Notes under the pieces: model-generated
The model's input: only the letters and a program-made list of their open reading frames with translations
What the model was told of the DNA's origin: nothing
Database searches by the model: none
Shown: positions 31,000-40,331 of the stretch, piece after piece
Layout: the number at the start of each line of letters is the position of its first letter
Numbering within the stretch: position 1 is the first letter of the stretch
Translations under genes and position numbers: made by a program
Virus record (IMG/VR): IMGVR_UViG_3300030419_007010
Location: 64,001 to 128,000 of that record
From: a virus
DNA: 64,000 bases
Direction: 5' to 3' (one strand)

Positions 31000-31679
31000 T
31001 TTCTTTTAAACGTCCTATACTTTGATCTTATTTTATTAAGATTATTAACAACTTGCTTTGTATTAAGACCAGTTATTTCCCTAATGTATAGATAAATAGC
31101 TTTTTTATTAAAAATTTCGATTTCATCAACAGTTTCGAAAAGTATCTTTACTGCTTCAAGCACTTTTTTTTCATTATCTTTTAATTTTAAGTTATCCCAA
31201 GAATTAATTTCTTTCCAAAGATGTTGCCAAAATTCAAAATGTTCTCGATCGCTTTCATATGGATGATCAATGGAAAAGTGTTTTTGATGTACATCTCCGG
31301 AGATCTCTTCATATTGAACTTCTCGCTGGAGATTTCTGCTGTTTCTTTTTACCTTATGAATAAACCAATTCTTTGTAATAACACTGAAATAGGAAAATGC
31401 TTTTGACTTCTTCGACGGATCATACTTGTCCAAGATAGTCATAAGCCATACTTTACATTCTTCTTTAAGACTGTCTATATTTGGTAGATTCGTGAACTTA
31501 TATGTATAGACAATCTTATCAACCATTTCGTTAAAAGCCGGCTCTATATACAATACATAAAGTTCTGTTCTTACTTTATTATCTTCAGTTGAAGCATATT
31601 GAATAATTGCTTCTTCATGAACTTTTACAAAATAGTTATTTTTTTTAGGCTTCTTCGTCTTCTTCTGGCTCGTTGTCAT
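30978..31679 (-). CDS. Phage RNA polymerase sigma-like factor (T4 gp55-like late sigma), 233 aa
   Basis: NYFVKVHEEAIIQY, EMVDKIVYTYKF, KYDPSKKSKAFSYFSVITKNWFI match the sigma region 2 pattern of phage late sigma factors; helical HTH-like C-terminus. Confidence 0.75.
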   Translation of the reverse strand: MTTSQKKTKKPKKNNYFVKVHEEAIIQYASTEDNKVRTELYVLYIEPAFNEMVDKIVYTYKFTNLPNIDSLKEECKVWLMTILDKYDPSKKSKAFSYFSVITKNWFIHKVKRNSRNLQREVQYEEISGDVHQKHFSIDHPYESDREHFEFWQHLWKEINSWDNLKLKDNEKKVLEAVKILFETVDEIEIFNKKAIYLYIREITGLNTKQVVNNLNKIRSKYRTFKRKWDEGKT

Positions 31680-32028
31680 CTATTTCCTCATCGTCTAAAT
31701 CTGACGAATATTTATCCTTGTAGAAATCTATATCTGAAACCACATCCTTCGTATGCTGTATCAGCCCTTCTAGAGTTTGATCCCCATAGAACATCTCCAG
31801 CTCGTGGACTGCCTCGATATGATTTTGTAAAGAAGACATAGTATCCAAAAGTTGATTTAGATCTTCGTTAACGTCAGAAAGTTCTACAACCAAATTTCTG
31901 ACAAACCAAGCTAGGCCTATGTTTAGTAGAACAGATAAATATAAGAAAAATGGGACCGGGCCCAGTACTGCCATTAACAGTATAGAGTTAAGAACTAATG
32001 AAACTATTAAAACTATTCTAACTGTCAT
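31645..32028 (-). CDS. Small membrane protein with coiled coil and acidic tail (127 aa)
   Basis: Two hydrophobic N-terminal segments, then heptad-like and D/E-rich sequence. Confidence 0.65.
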   Translation of the reverse strand: MTVRIVLIVSLVLNSILLMAVLGPVPFFLYLSVLLNIGLAWFVRNLVVELSDVNEDLNQLLDTMSSLQNHIEAVHELEMFYGDQTLEGLIQHTKDVVSDIDFYKDKYSSDLDDEEIDDNEPEEDEEA

Positions 32029-32302
32029 TTTTAAACTCTTGCTTCTTATATTTCTCTTTCTCTTGTTTTAAGTCTTCTTTAAATTCTTCTATTTTGCTTT
32101 TGACGATATCGCCAGCTTTGTTAGTAGAACTTAAATTTTCTTTAGAAATATTCGTTATAAAAGAAGAAGGCAACCTAGAAAGACTGCCACTCTCCTTACA
32201 CGTATTGTCACATTCTTCACAAGAAGAAAATTTCTCCTTAATAGAGTGAACAACATCAAAAATTTGATCGCATTTTTTACACTTGTAAGTATATCTCGGC
32301 AT
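32018..32302 (-). CDS. FmdB-family zinc-ribbon protein (94 aa)
   Basis: MPRYTYKCKKCDQIFDVVHSI...CEEC. Confidence 0.8.
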   Translation of the reverse strand: MPRYTYKCKKCDQIFDVVHSIKEKFSSCEECDNTCKESGSLSRLPSSFITNISKENLSSTNKAGDIVKSKIEEFKEDLKQEKEKYKKQEFKNDS

Positions 32303-32490
32303 TACTGCTCATCAAATTCTGTTTCATCATCATTTTCAAACTTGACGATCGGGGGATTCATAACAAATAATTCTCCCGAGGCCTCTTGAAAGTCAAGATC
32401 TTTAATCATTGGAACAATATCACTTTGCTCCATCAAACACTTTTGCAAGCACATCATTAAAGAACCGACTGCTTCATCTGATAATTTCAT
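32302..32490 (-). CDS. Hypothetical protein (62 aa; start revised to MKLSDEAVG)
   Basis: GGAGGT SD before the ATG at 32490, which overlaps the upstream TGA (ATGA). Confidence 0.65.
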   Translation of the reverse strand: MKLSDEAVGSLMMCLQKCLMEQSDIVPMIKDLDFQEASGELFVMNPPIVKFENDDETEFDEQ

Positions 32491-33326
32491 TTCAAACCTC
32501 CAAAACATTTTCTAATGCCATCTTCAATTGGCATTTTTACTTTCCAACCTAATCCTGCTAGAGAACTAGTATTGGCTTTTGTATACATCACATCACCAGG
32601 ACGTGGTGCAACATAATCAAACTCGACTTCCGGACAATATTCCAGCACGATCTCTTTCATTTCGTTCAAGGAAATATTATCCCCTGTTCCTGCATCAAAT
32701 ACTCTGCCATCAAATCGATCGTTGTGTTCCATAGCAAAGATATTAGCAGATACTGCGTCATGAACATAAAGCATATCCCTACGCTGATCACCATTGCCAG
32801 TAATAAACGGATTTTTTCCTGTTCTAATATAGTGCATCCAATTACAAACTGCTGTCGCATAAGGGCCAGATGCTTCTTGATCTTCTGAATAAACATTAAA
32901 ATATCGCAGTGTTACTGTATCAATACCATATAGTTGCGAATATAGTTTTGTTTCTAATTCTGAAGTTAATTTTTGTAACGCATACGGGCTTGTTGGACCC
33001 TCTCCGTTACCAACTACAGAGGATGAGCCAGAGTAAATAACTCTTTTTGCTCCTACTTTCTTGGCGAAGTCCAACACTATGCTAGTTGATATAATGTTAT
33101 TAATCGCCGTGTGGACTGGTTGCTCGACGCTGTAAGCGACTCGCGGGATGCACGCTAGGTGGAATATGTATTCTGGTGCAAAGTCGACTAGGTGGTCTAA
33201 ACCATCTAATATATCTTCCTCTTCTAGAAGGTCAATACCTCTCACTTCGTGGCCCAACTCTTCTAATTTCTTATATAAGTGGGTTCCTATATAACCTTTG
33301 TGACCTGTTACTAAACATCTACTCAT
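32487..33326 (-). CDS. NAD-dependent epimerase/dehydratase (extended SDR)
   Basis: LVTGHKGYIG, SGSSSV, YALQK (YxxxK), LRYFNVY, GNGDQRRD. Confidence 0.92.
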   Translation of the reverse strand: MSRCLVTGHKGYIGTHLYKKLEELGHEVRGIDLLEEEDILDGLDHLVDFAPEYIFHLACIPRVAYSVEQPVHTAINNIISTSIVLDFAKKVGAKRVIYSGSSSVVGNGEGPTSPYALQKLTSELETKLYSQLYGIDTVTLRYFNVYSEDQEASGPYATAVCNWMHYIRTGKNPFITGNGDQRRDMLYVHDAVSANIFAMEHNDRFDGRVFDAGTGDNISLNEMKEIVLEYCPEVEFDYVAPRPGDVMYTKANTSSLAGLGWKVKMPIEDGIRKCFGGLK

Positions 33327-34164
33327 CTGATACAGCCCTTCCTTTTAACTGCTCCCAGTCCTTCTCTGGTCTTACTTCTAAATTGGTTTTCCATGCAGCT
33401 TCCGCTATGTTGCTTGATAATCCCAAGCTTCTAGCAAAGTCTGCAAAAGCATTGATATCTTTTGGAAAACAACTACCGCCAAATCCCCATCTGCCATCAG
33501 GGCCGGGGACATTAACATGCGAGTCACCAACTCGGCCGTCTGAAACAAATCCTTCTAGCGCTGTGTCCCAATCTGCTCCGACTTCATCAACTAGCCTTCT
33601 CATTTCATTACAGAAAGCTACTTTGACAGCGAAAAAGACGTTATTAAAATACTTAATAAATTCAGCAGTTTCGTAATCAGTTTCGATTATCTTTGGTCTT
33701 TGAAATCTCATATTATATAATTCAGCAACCCTCTTTGTAGCTTCGGGATAACCTCCTAAAACTATTCTAGCTTGATTCATAAAATCAAACTTTGCAGTTC
33801 TTTCTGTTAAGAATTCCGGATTAAATACAATATTTAAATTAGGAAAATTATTTCTCATTTCCCTTGTTGTCCCGGGAATTACAGTTGACTTAAGCACGAC
33901 GACTGTATCTTCTTTTGGCTTTAAGCTTGATACTTCTTCTAGTACTGAATAGACTATGTTAAGATTAATCGAACCGTCCTTATTCATTGGTGTTGGTACA
34001 GAAACAAAAATAACATCTGATTCTTTTACTACCTCTTCCATAGAGTTCATAGACTTTAATGGGTCTTTGTCATGTACTAAAACCGGGACTACGGGACTTA
34101 GGCCAAACGATATGGACGAGCCAACAAATCCATGCCCAATCACGCCTACTTTTTCTACTTTCAT
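33319..34164 (-). CDS. UDP-glucose/GDP-mannose 6-dehydrogenase family, short form (281 aa)
   Basis: GVIGHGFVG, FVSVPTP, KSTVIPGTT, FNPEFL, catalytic GFGGSCFPKD; lacks the C-terminal domain. Confidence 0.9.
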   Translation of the reverse strand: MKVEKVGVIGHGFVGSSISFGLSPVVPVLVHDKDPLKSMNSMEEVVKESDVIFVSVPTPMNKDGSINLNIVYSVLEEVSSLKPKEDTVVVLKSTVIPGTTREMRNNFPNLNIVFNPEFLTERTAKFDFMNQARIVLGGYPEATKRVAELYNMRFQRPKIIETDYETAEFIKYFNNVFFAVKVAFCNEMRRLVDEVGADWDTALEGFVSDGRVGDSHVNVPGPDGRWGFGGSCFPKDINAFADFARSLGLSSNIAEAAWKTNLEVRPEKDWEQLKGRAVSDE

Positions 34165-34177
34165 TTATTATTTCCTT

Positions 34178-35830
34178 TTATTTTTTATAAACAAGAATAT
34201 CATATTCAATAAAATACAGATAATCTATGTTCGTGTTAAGAAAACATTCTATTGCGTTTGTTGGGGTTTCTACAATAGGTTCTCTGTCATTAAAGCTAGT
34301 ATTTAAAACTATTGGTACACCAGTTTTCATATGAAACTTTTTAATCAAATCATAATACAGCTTATTTTGTTCGGCAGTTACTGTTTGAATTCTCGCTGTT
34401 TGATCTTTGTGTTCAACTGCGGGTGCCTTACCTAACTTGTCCGACTTAAACTTAAATACAAAGCCCATATATGGAGACGGAAAATAGTTTTCGAACCACT
34501 CGTTTCCACACTCCTCAAGAACAGAAGGGGCAAATGGACGATACCATTGTCTGTGTTTTACTTTTTCATTAATTAATGATTTCATCTGATGGCTAATAGG
34601 ATTAGCTAAGATACTTCTGTTTCCTAGCGCGCGTCGGCCAGATTCAGATCTGCCTTGAAAAACACTAATTATATTGTCCTCTATAAGTAACTCAACACAT
34701 TCATCTAAAGAACACTTTCTTACAGCTAGCTTATCAATATTATTTTCGATTGATTTTTCAACATCTTCTCTGCTGTAGACTTCTCCAAGATATGGAGAAA
34801 CAAAATCATCTAGGTTTCTTTCATTGTTTAAAACGGAAAACCAGTGATATTGACATGCACCAATAGATAATCCTCCGTCGTAAGGGACGGGAGGTACAAA
34901 TACATTCTTTATTATTCCATCAAATTTACTCTTAATTTTTCCAGTAAAAGAAGAATTTAAGCTAACGCCGCCGGCTAGGCAAAGATTATCAAATTCAATA
35001 TTATTGTTTTTTGCTAACCCAACCATTTGATTAATAATATCAAAAAGTATATCTTCTGTCACTTTTTGAAGTGCAGCTGCAAGATTCATTTTTTCTTTTT
35101 CATCTTTCTCAGCTATCTTTCTAAATTTGTCTAAATATGGATGAACTACATCTTCTTCTGGAGGAACATACACACCACGTTTATATCCCGGAGGACAGAA
35201 TTTTACATATGGAAAATCTTCAGTAGCCATCTTCATAAAATCTTTGTAATATTTTTGCGGATCTCCAAATGCGGCCATGGCCATAATTGAACCAGCCTGG
35301 TGACCTCTCGGATACCCTGATGATAGCTTAAATATGAACCTTGTGCATCTTCCCCATAAATTACCCAGGCTCATGATATCATTATTTATTTCGAAAAGAT
35401 TTGTTATCTTATTACCTTTTCCATAATATCCAGAAGTAGATATTGAATTGCCTTCTTCGTTTATTCCAGCACTATCAATAGTTAATATTAAGCTATTTTC
35501 ATAGGGAGAGGAATAAAAAGCATGTGCAGCATGACACAAATGATGTCCATAAAAATTAATTTTATCTTTTGATAATCTATCGTGAGTATTATATGTTTCG
35601 CCGCCGTTAGCTTCTAGGTTTGTATTTGGCAAAGGAGAGACCCAATGATCTATATCTTCCATATCCAAGTTATTTTTAGACAAATATTTTTCTTCTAAAT
35701 ATAGTAGAGAATCTCCACCAGATTCTTTTAAGCGAGTATATCTTTCTATTTCAATGTGCTCTACGACTTTTCCGTCATCTAAAACACAATAGCCGCCGTC
35801 GTGCCAATTATATAATCCAACAACTTTCAT
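34178..35830 (-). CDS. O-carbamoyltransferase, NodU/CmcH family (550 aa)
   Basis: HDGG, ERYTRLK, HHLCHAAHAF, LAGGVSLN, GRSESGRRALGNRSILA, RPFAPSV, LNTSFN..EPIVETP. Confidence 0.93.
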   Translation of the reverse strand: MKVVGLYNWHDGGYCVLDDGKVVEHIEIERYTRLKESGGDSLLYLEEKYLSKNNLDMEDIDHWVSPLPNTNLEANGGETYNTHDRLSKDKINFYGHHLCHAAHAFYSSPYENSLILTIDSAGINEEGNSISTSGYYGKGNKITNLFEINNDIMSLGNLWGRCTRFIFKLSSGYPRGHQAGSIMAMAAFGDPQKYYKDFMKMATEDFPYVKFCPPGYKRGVYVPPEEDVVHPYLDKFRKIAEKDEKEKMNLAAALQKVTEDILFDIINQMVGLAKNNNIEFDNLCLAGGVSLNSSFTGKIKSKFDGIIKNVFVPPVPYDGGLSIGACQYHWFSVLNNERNLDDFVSPYLGEVYSREDVEKSIENNIDKLAVRKCSLDECVELLIEDNIISVFQGRSESGRRALGNRSILANPISHQMKSLINEKVKHRQWYRPFAPSVLEECGNEWFENYFPSPYMGFVFKFKSDKLGKAPAVEHKDQTARIQTVTAEQNKLYYDLIKKFHMKTGVPIVLNTSFNDREPIVETPTNAIECFLNTNIDYLYFIEYDILVYKK

Positions 35831-35833
35831 ATA

Positions 35834-36562
35834 TCATTCCTCAAATTCTTTTTTAATTAAAACTTGTCCATAATCAATTTCGTCATCTGGTACCCTTCTA
35901 TCATCAAAAAAGATTCGCCTGTCCATAATAATAAGCTCTTTTTCATGATCGTCAATCTCGTCAATAGCTTTTGCACACTCAATATTATCTACTTTTTTAG
36001 TAGGAAGATGATAATCATCAAAAAGAAGAAATTTTGTAAATTTATTTTTTGTTAAAATCCAATCAGATTTAGTAGCTTGGTATGTATGGTCTCCATCAAT
36101 ATAAACAAAATCAAATTCTTCATTTAATGATAATAGAATATTTTGTGAAAAGCCTGGGATGAGTTGTATATTATTTTCAGTGAACCAGTGGTTCGGAAAA
36201 GTGTTTCTTAGCCTGTCTACATGATTTTTTGTTTCTTGATTATGGAAAAGTGGGTCTATAGAAACAATCTTGCCTCCGCCGTTTTCTGCTAGTGCTTTGG
36301 CTGCGCATATAGTTCCGTATCCTCTACCAAAACCAATTTCTAGAAATGATTTAAGGTTGTACTTCTTGATTAGATGATATATTAAAATGCCTCTTTCATA
36401 ATTTGGTCTAAAGAAACATCCTACTTTTTTATAGAGTTCGCTGTCAGGTGAACGCGTTTTCTTTGCGGTATGTTCTCCAATTTGATCAAAATCGCCTAGA
36501 TTAATATCGTCTAGTGGATACCCAAGCTCTTCTAACTTTTCTATTATATGAATTTGTTCCAT
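35834..36562 (-). CDS. Class I SAM-dependent methyltransferase (Methyltransf_24-like)
   Basis: FLEIGFGRGYG, SIDP, FDFVYIDGDHTY, LFDDY. Confidence 0.85.
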   Translation of the reverse strand: MEQIHIIEKLEELGYPLDDINLGDFDQIGEHTAKKTRSPDSELYKKVGCFFRPNYERGILIYHLIKKYNLKSFLEIGFGRGYGTICAAKALAENGGGKIVSIDPLFHNQETKNHVDRLRNTFPNHWFTENNIQLIPGFSQNILLSLNEEFDFVYIDGDHTYQATKSDWILTKNKFTKFLLFDDYHLPTKKVDNIECAKAIDEIDDHEKELIIMDRRIFFDDRRVPDDEIDYGQVLIKKEFEE

Positions 36563-37183
36563 TTATATCTCCCAATCTTTGTATTCTGGTTCTTTAGTTT
36601 TATTGTTATTATGCATTCTGTAACGATAAAATGGATATCTAAGATGATGAATCTTATAAAAATCACCTAATCTTTTTCGTAAGTTCTCTTCTTCTTTGTG
36701 TCGCATATTAGGATCATATGCACCCATTTCAACAAGTAAATCTTTTCTGTACATTATACCACAAGAAATATTGTCTTTTTCAGCATATTTTCTCTCTAAA
36801 ACATTTTCATAATTGTCTATCAAAATATAGTCACAAGATACACAGAACGCGTCGTGATTTGCTTCTAAATATTCCTTCATAAAATAGCACATATCATCAG
36901 AAACATAATCGTCAGCATCAACACGAATAACAAATTGCCCTTTAGCTGCTTTTATTCCTTTGTTGGCGGAAGCTGCAACTCCTAAATTCTTCTTGTTTTT
37001 TATTAATTTAATGTCATCCAAGAAGGGAACCATAACTTCCCAAGATTTATCTGTGCTCTTATCATCTACAACAATTACTTCAACATTAACATTCTTCTGA
37101 TTTAAACAGCTTCTAATGCATCTAGCAATATATCTTGAATAATTATAGTTAGTTATAATAATTGAAACATCAGGATTAGACAT
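36563..37183 (-). CDS. Glycosyltransferase family 2 (start revised to MSNPDVSII)
   Basis: SIIITNYN, VIVVDDKSTD, NLGVAASANKG, RVDADD. Confidence 0.9.
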   Translation of the reverse strand: MSNPDVSIIITNYNYSRYIARCIRSCLNQKNVNVEVIVVDDKSTDKSWEVMVPFLDDIKLIKNKKNLGVAASANKGIKAAKGQFVIRVDADDYVSDDMCYFMKEYLEANHDAFCVSCDYILIDNYENVLERKYAEKDNISCGIMYRKDLLVEMGAYDPNMRHKEEENLRKRLGDFYKIHHLRYPFYRYRMHNNNKTKEPEYKDWEI

Positions 37184-38810
37184 AATTTTCCTCATACCAG
37201 AGACACAAAATCAAAAATGCAAACTTCAAATATCCATTTTTAATGTCTTTGACGTTAAATCCTTCTTTAAAAATATTAGACTTTATAATCTCACAATTAT
37301 TGATTACTTCATCAAACTTGTCATTCCATCCATCAAAACCCAACATAAAGCCAATTTTGTTTCTATGCACAAACTCTTTATCGTAATATTGTTCTAAAAG
37401 TTTTTTGATTGGATACTTACGTATTTTACCAAACATATTCTCATATGTTAAGCGATTTGAATATTCCACTACGCGGTGATCCAAAAAAGGAACTCTAACT
37501 TCTAAAGAGCTAGCCATGCTCATTCTATCTACTTTCTGGAGTATGTCTCCTTCCAGAAAAAATCTAATATCCAGAAGTCTCATTATTTCATTTTTATCTT
37601 TTGTTTCATAAGGCAATTTAGTTAACATATAATCATATGTGTCATTCTTATATTCATTCTGCAAAAAATCTAAATTTGTGTTGCGAAAAAACCTTTCTGA
37701 TATTGGTATTTCCGTATTGTTGTACTTGTTGTAACCACAAAACACTTCATCAGAACCATCTCCGCCTAAAGCGACAGTAACATTGCTAGATATTTTATTG
37801 GATATCAGATAAGTTGGTATAATTGAAGAATCTGCGAAAGGCTGACCAAAGTGTCGAACCAGTTTTCTTAAAAAGTTGAGCTTAATTTCATCGTAATTTA
37901 CAAAGATATCAGTGTGATTTGTCCGACATTTGTTTGCAACCAACAGAGCATACTCTTTTTCATTTAGTTCTTTATCGTTAATAACAGCGGTAAAGGTTTT
38001 GCAATCTTGTTCTATCGATGATAAATGCTGCACAACCAGCGAAGAGTCGACTCCTCCGGAAAGATACGCACCATAAGGTACATCACTTCGCGTTCGTAGG
38101 GAAACCGCGTCACGAAGAAGATTTTCGAGGTACCCTAAATCGCTTTCTTTTCTTTCTTGAGGAGTTAAAGACCAATATTTCTTAATTGAACTAGCTCTGG
38201 TTTTAACATCAAATTCTAAATAATGGCCCTGCTCTAAGCTTCTGATTTCATTCCATATAGTATTTGGAGAAGCAATATAATATGTGTTAAAAAACATAGA
38301 TATAGCGACAGGATCTATTGATAAATTATCTATTCCTACTAAATCTTTTACGGAGTTAATCTCTGAGCAGAACGTTAATCCATTTTGCAGTGAGTAGAAC
38401 AACGGCTTAATGCCCATCCTATCTCTCACCAAAAAAAGCTTTCCTCTTGTTTTGTCATAAAGAGAAAAAGCAAACATTCCATTTAATTCTTTTAATGTTT
38501 TTTCTAAACCAAACTTCTCGTAGTATTTTAATAACACTTCTGTGTCAGAAGAGGTAGAAAATTCGCAATCTAAATCTTCTTTTAATTCTCGATAGTTATA
38601 AATTTCTCCATTAAAAACAAGAACTTTTTGACCATCATCAGAGATCATTGGTTGTTGTCCAGAAGATAAATCAATTATAGAAAGTCTAGTATGACCTAAA
38701 GAAACGTCTTGATCACGATAGAGACCTCTAGAATCTGGTCCGCGGTGACCAATATTATTAAGGAATGTCCTGTCAATAGGATATTTTGTAGAACCAATTA
38801 TTCCGCACAT
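37176..38810 (-). CDS. Asparagine synthetase B-like glutamine amidotransferase (probable sugar amidation)
   Basis: N-terminal MCGI, HRGPD, LGHTRLSIID, FNGEIYNY, LSGGVDSS, GDGSDEVFCGY, KVDRMSMASSLEVRVPFLD. Confidence 0.93.
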   Translation of the reverse strand: MCGIIGSTKYPIDRTFLNNIGHRGPDSRGLYRDQDVSLGHTRLSIIDLSSGQQPMISDDGQKVLVFNGEIYNYRELKEDLDCEFSTSSDTEVLLKYYEKFGLEKTLKELNGMFAFSLYDKTRGKLFLVRDRMGIKPLFYSLQNGLTFCSEINSVKDLVGIDNLSIDPVAISMFFNTYYIASPNTIWNEIRSLEQGHYLEFDVKTRASSIKKYWSLTPQERKESDLGYLENLLRDAVSLRTRSDVPYGAYLSGGVDSSLVVQHLSSIEQDCKTFTAVINDKELNEKEYALLVANKCRTNHTDIFVNYDEIKLNFLRKLVRHFGQPFADSSIIPTYLISNKISSNVTVALGGDGSDEVFCGYNKYNNTEIPISERFFRNTNLDFLQNEYKNDTYDYMLTKLPYETKDKNEIMRLLDIRFFLEGDILQKVDRMSMASSLEVRVPFLDHRVVEYSNRLTYENMFGKIRKYPIKKLLEQYYDKEFVHRNKIGFMLGFDGWNDKFDEVINNCEIIKSNIFKEGFNVKDIKNGYLKFAFLILCLWYEENYV

Positions 38811-39643
38811 CTTATAATTTTATACTCAAACTCTGGATAATGGAAATCTCTCACAGTCGGCGTTCCAGATAAGCTAGCTTCTATCACTGGTTTGCGCGCT
38901 AGATTATAGTTTCTTCTCTCTTCAGAATTAATACCGACATTGCTAGAGGCGGTTAAGGACTTGGAATGGAATCTTCTATTATATAAGACTTCCGGCATAT
39001 TATAAATTCTATTCAATCCTAGGATTCTTATGAAAATATCTGTGTCTGCTGCAATCCTAGTCCGGCCGTCCCAGCCTCCTAGGGCTACTAAAATATCTCT
39101 TCTAAATAATACTGTACCGTTCATGCAAAACTTAAACTTAAGATATTCTTCGTAATTTCCGTCTGGCTCTAGAGAAGTTAAAAGATCATTTAAGGTAAAA
39201 GTTTCTATCACTTTTGGATATACATTTTTTCTGCTTCTGCTGCTGTTTTCATTCTCGGATATTGTATGTGGTTCATGATCTTCCCAAAACTCATTTACTG
39301 CTGTGCCTACACATGCAGCACTAGATAATATCATAAAATTTAATTGTTTTTGTAGTCTTTCCGGCTCACTAAAATCATCCGAATCGTGAAGCCCAACATA
39401 TTGTGAGTTGCAATAGTTTTTTAAGACGAAGTTTTTGCCAGCATATGTACCAACATTCTTTTTCGAACAAATAATTGTTATTCTATCATCTTGAAAAGAT
39501 TTGATTTTTTCTACTGTATCGTCGGTACTACAATCATCAAAAATAAATAAATTAAAATTCCTGTACGTCTGATTAAGAATAGAATCTACACATTGTTCTA
39601 TAGTATCAGAAGAGTTATAGGTACATAAAATAATATCAATCAC
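38798..39643 (-). CDS. Glycosyltransferase family 2
   Basis: IILCTYN, SILNQTY, FDDCSTD, HDSDD..PERLQKQ, GGWD. Confidence 0.9.
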   Translation of the reverse strand: MIDIILCTYNSSDTIEQCVDSILNQTYRNFNLFIFDDCSTDDTVEKIKSFQDDRITIICSKKNVGTYAGKNFVLKNYCNSQYVGLHDSDDFSEPERLQKQLNFMILSSAACVGTAVNEFWEDHEPHTISENENSSRSRKNVYPKVIETFTLNDLLTSLEPDGNYEEYLKFKFCMNGTVLFRRDILVALGGWDGRTRIAADTDIFIRILGLNRIYNMPEVLYNRRFHSKSLTASSNVGINSEERRNYNLARKPVIEASLSGTPTVRDFHYPEFEYKIIRCAE

Positions 39644-40331
39644 TCAAATACTCCTCGATTACTCTATCAATTTTACTAGCTACCTCTTGTTCTGCTTCTG
39701 GTGTTCTATCTTTAATTTGATAAAGCTTTCCTTTGTTCTTTAGTACAAAACTACTAACTGTTTGTTTTTTAATATCTGCTAGGCTATCTTTTAATACTTC
39801 GAATCCAGCAATACAAGATTTTAAAAATAGATCTTCTATATCATCACCAGCGGCAATATCTGCTTTTTTTTGAGCGATTATTTCTCCTGCATCGATTGAC
39901 TTATCAATATAGTGCAATGTTGCACCAACACCATCTAGGTTTTCGTCATGGACTGCCCAAAAAGCGCTATCAACTCCTCGAAATAATTGAACAATTCCAG
40001 TATGTATATTTATACATCCATATTTTGGTATAGAAAATACTTCTTCTTTTAAAAGACTGCAGCCGAAAGTAAAGATAACTTCAGGATCGTGTTTCTTAAT
40101 TAATTCAACAGTTTCTTTTGTGTTTATTTGTTCCTTATCAAGAAAAGTATATGGACTTATAGGGGTCCAATCGACTTGCTCCTTAAATAATTCTTTCTCT
40201 TTTTCGTATAAAGAAGCAGAAGAAATAGGCTTATCTTCAAAAAAAATTCTGGATGCAAATGTTCTATTATATAACATTTCAGCAAAATATCTATGTCTAG
40301 GATGAGTTGAGGTTATAATTACAGTTCTCAA
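39636..40331 (-). CDS. Formyltransferase (N10-formyl-THF dependent; probable sugar N-formyltransferase)
   Basis: CINIHTG..FRG, GATLHYIDKSIDAGEII (NxH...D catalytic set). Confidence 0.85.
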   Translation of the reverse strand: MRTVIITSTHPRHRYFAEMLYNRTFASRIFFEDKPISSASLYEKEKELFKEQVDWTPISPYTFLDKEQINTKETVELIKKHDPEVIFTFGCSLLKEEVFSIPKYGCINIHTGIVQLFRGVDSAFWAVHDENLDGVGATLHYIDKSIDAGEIIAQKKADIAAGDDIEDLFLKSCIAGFEVLKDSLADIKKQTVSSFVLKNKGKLYQIKDRTPEAEQEVASKIDRVIEEYLSD

